A DNA stretch of 54,502 bases, from assembly GCA_022711635.1 (NCBI GenBank), contig JAKLEQ010000003.1:1-54502 (forward strand), read 5' to 3'. A program made the position numbers and the translations under genes. Positions 28,864 to 36,281 of this stretch are shown one piece after another; position 1 is the stretch's first letter; each line of letters opens with the position of its first letter. The stretch comes from Methanoregula sp. GTDB lineage: Archaea; Halobacteriota; Methanomicrobia; Methanomicrobiales; Methanospirillaceae. Under the pieces are notes generated by a model that had not been told where the DNA came from, made no database searches, and saw nothing but the letters and a program-made list of their open reading frames with translations.

Positions 28864-30348
28864 TCACCATAGCGGATCCACCTCGAAGGACCGGGATCGC
28901 TTCCCTGGCTGCTGACCCCAGCCGCCCGGGCCGAACCCGGCAGCGTGCTCAAGGGTAAGATCTGACCCCCCGAATCCATCCCGGCTGCAGCCGAAGACGA
29001 GCATCAGGGCGTCGGCCCGGTCAGGACTTGCCATTCCCCGGCGTTTCATGTCGTCTTTGCTCTCGATCTGGATCTGCCCGCGGGAGTTGACCTTGTACCG
29101 GATGGCGGAGAGCTGGGAGACGAGGGTCTCATCGTCCGGGATGTCGATCTCCCCTTCCTCGAACCGGGTGCGGAGTTCCCCCCACCACTCGGCCCGGGCG
29201 TTGGCGAAGCGTTCCTTGTCCTTCGCTGCCATCCCGCTCTGCATCTCCTGGACCGGGATCCCCTGCTCGTTCAGCCGGTCGAAGACCCCCGCACCGATGC
29301 CGATGCTGTCGATCTTCGCGAGCGTGGCGCCGGTTTCCCTGATGGCCTGGATGACGGCCCCCGCTGTCTCCATGGTGTCGGACATCGGGAGGACCTTGTG
29401 GATCCGGGCGTGGTTGCCGTACCGGCAGAAGATGACCGTCTCGTCGCTCCCAAACCGTGCCACGTCCACCCCCAGCTCGACAGGCGGTCCTGGTTCGATG
29501 GTGCGCTCGATCGCGGCCTCGATATGGTGTAGCGGGATGAGGGTGTCGGCCCCGGAGAGCGGGAACTGCGCGAGGACCTTGCTCTTGTAGAGCGGGCTCT
29601 CGGGTCCCCAGCGTTTCACCCGGTCGGCTACCCATCCAGGAGTGACGAGATACGGGGCGGGCAGGGGGCCGGTCACCTTCTCCTTCCAGGTCCCGTCCAG
29701 GATGTCCTGCTCGGCGAGGCCGTACCGGGTGAAGTTCGGCGTGTCGAAGGCACTGATCGAGATCTTCGAGGCGCCCATCCCTCCCGCGAACTCCTTGAAG
29801 AACCGGCCCGCCGGGTTTGTCGGGTTCCCGATCATGAGGAGCCGTGACTCATCAGAGGTGAGCACGCCATCGATCGCGTCGAAGATGTCCTCCGAGATGC
29901 CGCTCGCTTCATCAGCGATCACGAGGATGTAAACGGCATGGAATCCCTGGAACTTGTCGGCGGAATATTCCGGCGCCGTGAATCCAACTGCCCACCAGTC
30001 GTTTTCGAGCTTCAGCTCCTGGTTGAGGCAATTGCCCTGAAGCGGGACCTTCGCCCGCTGGTGACTCGTCCGGATCTCCTTCCAGAGGATCCCGGTCACC
30101 TGCCGGTCGGTCGGGGCAGTCGTAATCACGAGGCTGCGGGGGTGAGTGTAGAGGAACCAGAGGGCCGCGCAGGCTGCCACGTGACTCTTCCCCGCAGCAT
30201 GGCAGCTCTTGACGGCTGTCACCTTGTTATCCCGCACGCTTTCCAGGATCTCGACTTGCTTCTGCCAGGGCTCGTGCCCGAGGACCTCCCGAACCCAGAG
30301 GGCAGGGTCGAAGAAGTGGCGGAGGGCGGAAGTAGTCATCTGATCCAT
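28864..30348 (-). CDS. terL: terminase large subunit
   Basis: Walker A VKSCHAAGKSHV and Walker B ILVIADEASGI. The nuclease domain has GVDVARFGSDETVI, KIDSIGIGAGV and SPDRADALMLVF acidic motifs. 494 aa with no disruptions. Confidence 0.85.
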   Translation of the reverse strand: MDQMTTSALRHFFDPALWVREVLGHEPWQKQVEILESVRDNKVTAVKSCHAAGKSHVAACAALWFLYTHPRSLVITTAPTDRQVTGILWKEIRTSHQRAKVPLQGNCLNQELKLENDWWAVGFTAPEYSADKFQGFHAVYILVIADEASGISEDIFDAIDGVLTSDESRLLMIGNPTNPAGRFFKEFAGGMGASKISISAFDTPNFTRYGLAEQDILDGTWKEKVTGPLPAPYLVTPGWVADRVKRWGPESPLYKSKVLAQFPLSGADTLIPLHHIEAAIERTIEPGPPVELGVDVARFGSDETVIFCRYGNHARIHKVLPMSDTMETAGAVIQAIRETGATLAKIDSIGIGAGVFDRLNEQGIPVQEMQSGMAAKDKERFANARAEWWGELRTRFEEGEIDIPDDETLVSQLSAIRYKVNSRGQIQIESKDDMKRRGMASPDRADALMLVFGCSRDGFGGSDLTLEHAAGFGPGGWGQQPGKRSRSFEVDPLW

Positions 30349-30731
30349 TCCTCCGTTGTCAGCAAGGGGTCGGGATGCACCCGGGGCCTTGATGGGTTTC
30401 CTCTATCGCTCCCGAAGCAGGACGGCCCGACATGACCCTGCCGGACGGTCCCGGCTTGCCTGCAGTGTGCGAGGGCCTCTGCAGCGCAATGAAAGGACCC
30501 GGCGCGACCGGTGAGGCTCCGGCAGGGACCGGAGGCACCACCCAGGGCAACTGCCTCGGCGTACGTGATCTCGCGGTCGATATCCTTTATGTGCTCCTCC
30601 AGGGCTGCCCGCTGCTCTTTCAGACATCGGAGGACCTGGCGGGGGGCCGTCGGGGACGTAACATAACCGGGGAGGCGGGAGTGAAGACGTGGCAGGACCG
30701 CGAGCGGGCCGGTGATGAATGAGCAGGTCAT
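30336..30731 (-). CDS. hypothetical protein overlapping the terL start
   Basis: A 131-aa ORF that overlaps the terL ATG by 13 nt. The sequence is somewhat low-complexity, so coding status is uncertain. Confidence 0.35.
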   Translation of the reverse strand: MTCSFITGPLAVLPRLHSRLPGYVTSPTAPRQVLRCLKEQRAALEEHIKDIDREITYAEAVALGGASGPCRSLTGRAGSFHCAAEALAHCRQAGTVRQGHVGPSCFGSDRGNPSRPRVHPDPLLTTEEWIR

Positions 30732-30954
30732 GATCGGGCGGCCTCCGTCGGAGTGCTGTTTTGTCCCAATGGCAGCGTAACCTTTAAAAGAACACTTTCG
30801 ATTAATCCTACACGAGAAATATAATAAAGGATTATCTCAATGAATTGAGCCGCGTTTATTTTCTGCCGTCGTGCACTTTTTATACTTGATGTAGAATTAT
30901 TGCGGAGAATCGCCGTTATGCGAACTCTGTTCTGCCCGGCCCGGTCAGACCATT

Positions 30955-31473
30955 TCATAACCCGGCCTCCTGGAGCGCTTCGTCGAGCTCCTGCCGGATC
31001 TCGGGATGTCTTTGGAGGACCTGGAGGATAATGAGGTAATCGGGGGACTTTTGGTAAGAGATCGCCACAGGGTTGTTGATCTGTATGGCGGTAGATGGCC
31101 CCAACAGGCGCATGAGCCGGGCCTGGAGGTCGAGGAGCTCGCGGGCTTCCTTCATGGTCGCGATCTCATGTTTCCGGTCCCGATCCTGCTGGCACTCATC
31201 CAGGAGGCGCTTTGCCCGGAGGCCGAGGCCCTTTACCTGCCCGAGCACGTCATCGTCCCCAGTCGCGGTTGCCGCGATCTCTTCCATCTTCAGGCGCTGG
31301 ACCGCTTTCTGCTGCTGCTCCGTGACCTGCATGTGCTGACGGTGGCGGGATAAAGCCGCCTTCGAAACGTTCCACTGTCTCTCGATTTTCCTGTAACTTG
31401 TTCCGATAAGCAACTCCGCGTTGATTTTTTCGAGGTCCGGGTGATTACAGATACCACATCTACATCCAGTCAT
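30955..31473 (-). CDS. HTH DNA-binding protein, small-terminase-like
   Basis: MTGCRCGICNHPDLEKINAELLIGTSYRKIERQWNVSKAALSRHRQH is a CxxC + HTH N-terminus seen in phage small terminases and regulators. A coiled-coil oligomerisation-like region follows. It is located upstream of terL. Confidence 0.45.
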   Translation of the reverse strand: MTGCRCGICNHPDLEKINAELLIGTSYRKIERQWNVSKAALSRHRQHMQVTEQQQKAVQRLKMEEIAATATGDDDVLGQVKGLGLRAKRLLDECQQDRDRKHEIATMKEARELLDLQARLMRLLGPSTAIQINNPVAISYQKSPDYLIILQVLQRHPEIRQELDEALQEAGL

Positions 31474-33223
31474 TTCGAGCGACCTCCCGGGCGGCATCCG
31501 AGCCCCCGCCGGCAGCCTTCCATGCCGCTTGGAATTGTTCGTAATGCGGAGGGCGGCCGGGCAGATAGGACATAAGAATTTCTGAGAGTTCTTTCAGGGA
31601 TTTACCAGCCCATGAAATTTCAACGTCGCTACCCGACGTTACATGTGCAGGATGTGCAGGTTCTGACGCACTTACTTTTTCTATACGTAAAATACCGGAC
31701 TCCTCCTTTTCTTTTACGCGTAATAAGTTGGAACTTTCCTGCACATCCTGCACCGAAGCCATTTTCTCCGACGTGTTTTCGGGGTGATTGTGCAGGATGT
31801 TCAGGATATCGCCATCTTTCAGTGTCGTGTCCGGGAAGATTGCGAGACTGTCTTTGATCTTAAATCCCTGGAAACAATGCTCCCTCCGGGACCTGATGGA
31901 CGGGTATGTATCGATCGCCCCTGCCTGTTTCATCAGCTCGAACAGGGCCCTCTGGCTCTCGACTTCGAACTCGGCATCGTTGCAGTATTCGACGTACATT
32001 GCATACACGTCCCGCTTGACCAGGATCGCCCCCCGGCACCGTTCCAGTCTGTCCCGGATGAAAGCGTAACCCGAGGATGCATCAGACAGCCAATCCCGCT
32101 CGACATTATCGGTGGTTTCGAGCCTTTTTGCCTGGATAATGGCGGTCATACGCTCGATGACCAGGAGGAGGAGGCCCGACACGAACTCGTCCGTGAAGTG
32201 CGTTTTCTCGAACTCCGGATCCTTCGGAAACGATCCGTTGAAGTTGATGGCGATCCAGCGGTCCCACCATGCGGCATCAGCGCCTTTGATTTTCGGGTAC
32301 CGGTTGGCAGAGAAGAGGAACACCGCCTTGTTGACCGTGGCGTATGGATCCCGGTGCTTCCGTTCGACCGTGATGGCATCCCCGCCCGTCAGTGCTTTGA
32401 AGAGGCCAAGGTTGGAGATCCTGGAGTCCGCGAGGTCCGCGTAAGCGTTCAGGATCTTCCCGTCGAGGTCGGCGAGCCGGAACCGGTCGAAGAGAAGGTC
32501 GTGGATGCTGATGCTGGAGCAGATTGCAGGTCCGAAGAGATGATGGGTGATCAACCTGGTGAAGGTCGACTTCCCGCTGTCCCTGTCGCCGCGGAGGAAG
32601 TACGCCCGCTTGTAAACCCGGCCAAGCATCGAGAGGATTGCATGCGCCGGGATCTGCAGGAGGAGGTCCCGCTCGACCCCGAGGGAATCGAGATATTTTA
32701 AGACCGCTGCTGTGCCGGCATCCGGGATGTATTTTGCCTTGAGCTTGTAGTTGAACCGGAACTCCGGGGAATGCGGCTGCAGGGAGACGGCGCCGGTATT
32801 GAAATCCAGCACCAGGACCCCGTTCTCGAGCGGGATTGCGTTGGGAGACTGGTTGAACGGGTACTCCCTGCAGGGAGAGTCGAAGCGGATATAGTGCAAA
32901 ACCTGCGCGGTTGCGGTTGTTACCTTTTCCTTTGCACCGATCCCGCGGTACTGCAGGATAACCTGGATCTGGCTCTCCAGCTCCCCCTTATCCTCCGTGA
33001 AGATACCGTCCCTGTACCGGTACACAATATTGTTGAAAGAGACGAGATCCCCCGTCCGGAGGAGTTCCTGCGCGATCGCGTAATAATCGACGCCGGTGTT
33101 TTTCTCATCGGCAGCCCGTTCCAGGGCGATCCGTTCCACCTCTTTCTTTCGTGCGCCCTCAGTGAGGGCATCGACGCGGGCCTGCTCTTCAGGAGTCAGG
33201 ACGATATCCTGCGGGGGCGTCAT
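31460..33223 (-). CDS. D5/P4-family SF3 helicase (primase-helicase C-terminal type replication protein)
   Basis: D5_N-like region YPFNQSPNAIPLENGVLVL, Walker A GDRDSGKSTFTRLI and Walker B-like KILNAYADLAD. ATG 33223 forms an ATGA overlap with the upstream ORF. Confidence 0.8.
   Translation of the reverse strand: MTPPQDIVLTPEEQARVDALTEGARKKEVERIALERAADEKNTGVDYYAIAQELLRTGDLVSFNNIVYRYRDGIFTEDKGELESQIQVILQYRGIGAKEKVTTATAQVLHYIRFDSPCREYPFNQSPNAIPLENGVLVLDFNTGAVSLQPHSPEFRFNYKLKAKYIPDAGTAAVLKYLDSLGVERDLLLQIPAHAILSMLGRVYKRAYFLRGDRDSGKSTFTRLITHHLFGPAICSSISIHDLLFDRFRLADLDGKILNAYADLADSRISNLGLFKALTGGDAITVERKHRDPYATVNKAVFLFSANRYPKIKGADAAWWDRWIAINFNGSFPKDPEFEKTHFTDEFVSGLLLLVIERMTAIIQAKRLETTDNVERDWLSDASSGYAFIRDRLERCRGAILVKRDVYAMYVEYCNDAEFEVESQRALFELMKQAGAIDTYPSIRSRREHCFQGFKIKDSLAIFPDTTLKDGDILNILHNHPENTSEKMASVQDVQESSNLLRVKEKEESGILRIEKVSASEPAHPAHVTSGSDVEISWAGKSLKELSEILMSYLPGRPPHYEQFQAAWKAAGGGSDAAREVARNDWM
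31645..31805. repeat. iteron-like repeats flanking an AT-rich core (candidate replication origin) inside the 3' part of the helicase gene
   Basis: GTGCAGGATGTGCAGG lies at 31645-31660. Its exact inverted copy CCTGCACATCCTGCAC lies at 31738-31753. A third direct copy GTGCAGGATGTTCAGG lies at 31790-31805. The 77-bp spacer between the first two is AT-rich. Confidence 0.5.
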
Positions 33224-33594
33224 GGCAGGTACCCTCGGCTCTCCATGAAGTCCGTGCATCGATCGATAATGTCCTTCTCGGCGCAGAGATCGTAACCGAA
33301 GATCTTGAACCCGTGGCGATACTCCAGGGCGACCATCAACTCCCATCCGGAGCGGCATCCGAGCGGGAGGAATGCCTCGCGGCCCGGTGGTACATATGCC
33401 TCCGGCACGTGCACGCTGCTCCCATGGCGCGGCTCCCGCTCACTGAAGGGCGAGGTCCGGGGGATTTCGCCGTCCATCTGCCGCCGCCTGAACAGGGTCT
33501 TTTTCCAGTACGCTGCCTTCTGCTCGTCGGTATATCCCGGCGGCCAAAAGTCCGGCGACATCGCGGGGACCGGCCCGGTGGCATCAGAGGTCAT
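33220..33594 (-). CDS. hypothetical protein (early operon)
   Basis: A 124-aa ORF with ATGA overlaps at both ends. Confidence 0.5.
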   Translation of the reverse strand: MTSDATGPVPAMSPDFWPPGYTDEQKAAYWKKTLFRRRQMDGEIPRTSPFSEREPRHGSSVHVPEAYVPPGREAFLPLGCRSGWELMVALEYRHGFKIFGYDLCAEKDIIDRCTDFMESRGYLP

Positions 33595-33809
33595 GGGGTC
33601 CGCCCCCGCCCCATTTCGTCCGATACGAGAAGTAAGGCACCGATCAATTCCTCGTACGTCAGCAGCACCTCGCCATTCGAGAGGGCAACCGCATCGGTGA
33701 CTACGTGCGTACTGTCATCGAACAGCTGATCGAGACAGAAGAGAACAGCTTCCCGGGTCGACAGATCCGGCCTCCCGCCGTTCAGATCCTCGCGTGAAAA
33801 GCCTTTCAT
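33591..33809 (-). CDS. hypothetical protein (early operon)
   Basis: A 72-aa acidic ORF with ATGA overlaps at both ends. Confidence 0.45.
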   Translation of the reverse strand: MKGFSREDLNGGRPDLSTREAVLFCLDQLFDDSTHVVTDAVALSNGEVLLTYEELIGALLLVSDEMGRGRTP

Positions 33810-34000
33810 GTACGGGCACCCCGTTTCGTGAGCTCTTCGAGCAGGTGGTCGCGGACCTGGATGGCGACATCGACACGACGGATGCTCTCGTTATAATCCG
33901 CCGAGTCGAAGCTGACGGAAAGAACTCCGGATTTTCCGGGTGTGCCGATGGTCAGCCGATCCTGGAACCGGCTCTGGTTGATAACCGGGGCGTCGGTCAC
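33806..34000 (-). CDS. hypothetical protein (early operon)
   Basis: The GTG at 34000 forms a GTGA overlap with the upstream stop. 64 aa. Confidence 0.4.
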   Translation of the reverse strand: MTDAPVINQSRFQDRLTIGTPGKSGVLSVSFDSADYNESIRRVDVAIQVRDHLLEELTKRGART

Positions 34001-34344
34001 GTCTCCACTCCCCCAAGAAGCGAAAGGAAGTCCGACCACCTGAGTATTACCCGCGGCTCGGTCCGGTTGCGCCGGAAGACCAGGAGCGGGTGGAGGCCCT
34101 CCTTCGCGGCGTTGGCCTCACACTGCTCGATCGATTTCCAGACATCAAGGCGCTCGACATTTTTGCACTCGACGCCGTATGGGAAGACGTCCCGGGCTGC
34201 TTTGGACAAGTAGATATCGCACCCGGCCTGCCCCATTGCGGTGCTCTGGATATCGACCTCCTGGATCCCGATCCGGGTGATGAGGTCCTGCCGGATCTCC
34301 AGCTGGAAATGCCTGCCCTTCGCTTTGCAGCTCCGGGGCATCAT
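33997..34344 (-). CDS. PD-(D/E)XK nuclease, Holliday-junction-resolvase-like
   Basis: MMPRSCKAKGRHFQLEIRQDL...GCDIYL...PYGVECKNVERLDVWKSIEQ follows the K-G-x-x-F-E / D / E-x-K pattern of phage/archaeal resolvases. Confidence 0.6.
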   Translation of the reverse strand: MMPRSCKAKGRHFQLEIRQDLITRIGIQEVDIQSTAMGQAGCDIYLSKAARDVFPYGVECKNVERLDVWKSIEQCEANAAKEGLHPLLVFRRNRTEPRVILRWSDFLSLLGGVET

Positions 34345-34598
34345 GACCGACACCTCATGCAGCCGCGGACCGGTCTTGGAGGTCGTGCAGGTGGAAGCAT
34401 AACCCGGATCCTCTGGATGCCGTCAGGTCCGATCACTGGCTCCAATTGCTCGAGAACCCACTCTCGCAGCACTATCGGGAGCGGGGAGAGCGTATCGATC
34501 CAAGATGCATATTCCCCGATCGTAAAGCCTCGCCCTTCGTGGAATCGATCCACGAGCCTGCGGGCGACAAGATCCGGGCGTCCATTCCAGCGCGTCAA
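34341..34598 (-). CDS. hypothetical protein (early operon)
   Basis: An 85-aa ORF with ATGA overlaps. Confidence 0.45.
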   Translation of the reverse strand: MTRWNGRPDLVARRLVDRFHEGRGFTIGEYASWIDTLSPLPIVLREWVLEQLEPVIGPDGIQRIRVMLPPARPPRPVRGCMRCRS

Positions 34599-34783
34599 TG
34601 GATCACCCCGGCCTTTACGAGATCCTCGACCGTGCGGTCATCATTATGCAGCCGGTAGAGGCGGGCGATCTGCTCCTGTTGCCCCCGGGTCAGGCGCTCG
34701 ATATCGTCATCGACGCTGCGCAGGAGGGAGAGCGCATCCGCCCGTGTCGATGGGGTCCATTTAGGCGAGAATTGTCTCGACAT
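34595..34783 (-). CDS. hypothetical protein (early operon)
   Basis: A 62-aa ORF, first of the overlapping chain. Confidence 0.4.
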   Translation of the reverse strand: MSRQFSPKWTPSTRADALSLLRSVDDDIERLTRGQQEQIARLYRLHNDDRTVEDLVKAGVIH

Positions 34784-34843
34784 GGTCCCTCTCTGTTCCC
34801 GGGGCGGTTCCCCCGATCTGGTCGTTGGTGGTGATAATTCCCG

Positions 34844-34999
34844 TCAAATCAACCGCCACCGACCATCTGCGATTGCGATCTCGGCTGCGGCCCGGTGGAG
34901 GTCCGGCAGGTGTGAAAGAGTCTCCCGGTCAATGGTGAATCCGGGAATCGGTCGGGCTTTTGGCAAAGGTTTTGTCGTTTGAGAGGCAGACGGTGTCAT
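34844..34999 (-). CDS. hypothetical small protein
   Basis: ATG 34999 forms an ATGA overlap with the RHH gene stop. 51 aa. Confidence 0.35.
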   Translation of the reverse strand: MTPSASQTTKPLPKARPIPGFTIDRETLSHLPDLHRAAAEIAIADGRWRLI

Positions 35000-35211
35000 G
35001 TCCTTTGCCTCCGGGCAATGGGCGGTGCGGTGGAGGGCTGACCGGCTGGCACTGGCGTCCCCCCATCGCATCTCCTCAATCGTTCCTCAAGCGTTTCTCG
35101 GACAAGGCCGGAGATGTTGATCTTCAGTGACCGTGCCTGGGCGTGAAGATCTTCCGGGATCATGATGCTCGTTTGGGTGTAGACAATCCCACCCCGTCGA
35201 ACGGACGACAT
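34996..35211 (-). CDS. ribbon-helix-helix (CopG/CcdA-like) DNA-binding protein, probable element regulator
   Basis: TSIMIPEDLHAQARSLKINISGLVRETLEERL is a beta-strand plus two-helix RHH pattern. It is the first gene of the leftward operon, next to a divergent TATA-containing promoter. Confidence 0.6.
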   Translation of the reverse strand: MSSVRRGGIVYTQTSIMIPEDLHAQARSLKINISGLVRETLEERLRRCDGGTPVPAGQPSTAPPIARRQRT

Positions 35212-35281
35212 TATGTATAGTAGAATAGCGCATAGCATTATATAGGAAATCGCGCAATATCTAACGAATTAATTTGGAACG

Positions 35282-36256
35282 ATGAGATTATTTTGGATTG
35301 ATTGCAGGGATACCGCCAAAATTCGGCCTGAAACACTTTTCCGATTACAGGATCTCACCCATCAAATGAAAAACCATCGAGGGGGGGATCTTCAGAATTT
35401 ATACCATCCCGATGTAACTGGCTGGTCCTATGCAATTGCCATAGCGTTGATAAAAACAACGTCGGCAAAAACTTATTGGAAACAGCCTCTCAAGATGGCA
35501 TTTTACGTACCGGTAAAGAAGTTCAAAAAGAACAGGGGTCCCGGGGAATGTGAGCGATACGACGGGGTTAAAAGTAACCTCTACATGGGATCGCTTCAAT
35601 CAACTCCTGGAGGGTTTGTTCCGCGCGATACGGTTTTCCGTCGCCATGATCCCCCCGTAAATATAAGAACAACAATATTATGCGCTGGCTGGGTGGGAAA
35701 AGAAGACGATCTATTTTTGTCCCGGGATCCCAAACGGCCCTGGGAGATCTCGATAAGTATGTCGCGTACCGGGAATCGTCGCCTTATCTTCCTTGCAGTC
35801 CTAAATTGCGAATGGGGGACAATCCGCCCGAAATGGTGGCCCCAGGAGTGGCGTGATGATCCTCGCCGATCCTCTGGTGAAAATGTCATTAAGAGATTAC
35901 TTCGCGGCATAACCTGGGTGTATAATCCGTTCAACATTGACAAGGCCCGCCCCCGGGAGTATATTAAAAAAGTGATTAAAGAGGAGAAGAAACGGGTTTG
36001 TAAACGGGACCCCGACCGCCCGTTCGAGGGATTGACTGTTTACCCCCCGCCGAAGACAAAAACCGATTTCGATAAGCTTCATGAGCACGATCGCCGGGAT
36101 TTCGCGAGGTTTATGGAAATGGAAAATATGAAATGGTGCGAGTGGTGCGGGAGGCGTTTTATCGCGATGCGGAGCGATGCCCGAGCCTGCCCGCGGTCGG
36201 CTTGTAAGAAGGCACTCTCTCGAAAGTCACCGGTAAGAAAATATCGAAAAACCTGA
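35282..36256 (+). CDS. orphan protein with a C-terminal zinc-ribbon (element cargo, opposite strand, lower GC)
   Basis: 324 aa and basic. C-terminal CEWCGRRF...ACPRSAC. TTATATAG lies about 35 nt upstream of the ATG. The region is visibly more AT-rich than its surroundings. Confidence 0.6.
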   Translation: MRLFWIDCRDTAKIRPETLFRLQDLTHQMKNHRGGDLQNLYHPDVTGWSYAIAIALIKTTSAKTYWKQPLKMAFYVPVKKFKKNRGPGECERYDGVKSNLYMGSLQSTPGGFVPRDTVFRRHDPPVNIRTTILCAGWVGKEDDLFLSRDPKRPWEISISMSRTGNRRLIFLAVLNCEWGTIRPKWWPQEWRDDPRRSSGENVIKRLLRGITWVYNPFNIDKARPREYIKKVIKEEKKRVCKRDPDRPFEGLTVYPPPKTKTDFDKLHEHDRRDFARFMEMENMKWCEWCGRRFIAMRSDARACPRSACKKALSRKSPVRKYRKT

Positions 36257-36281
36257 AAATTGAACGCCGATGAGAGGGGAT

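Noticed and set aside
30728-30958. 76-aa ORF in the AT-rich spacer between the terS-like gene and ORF131
   Set aside because: The sequence is AT-rich with promoter-like stretches. The ORF overlaps both neighbours' ends and has implausible composition.
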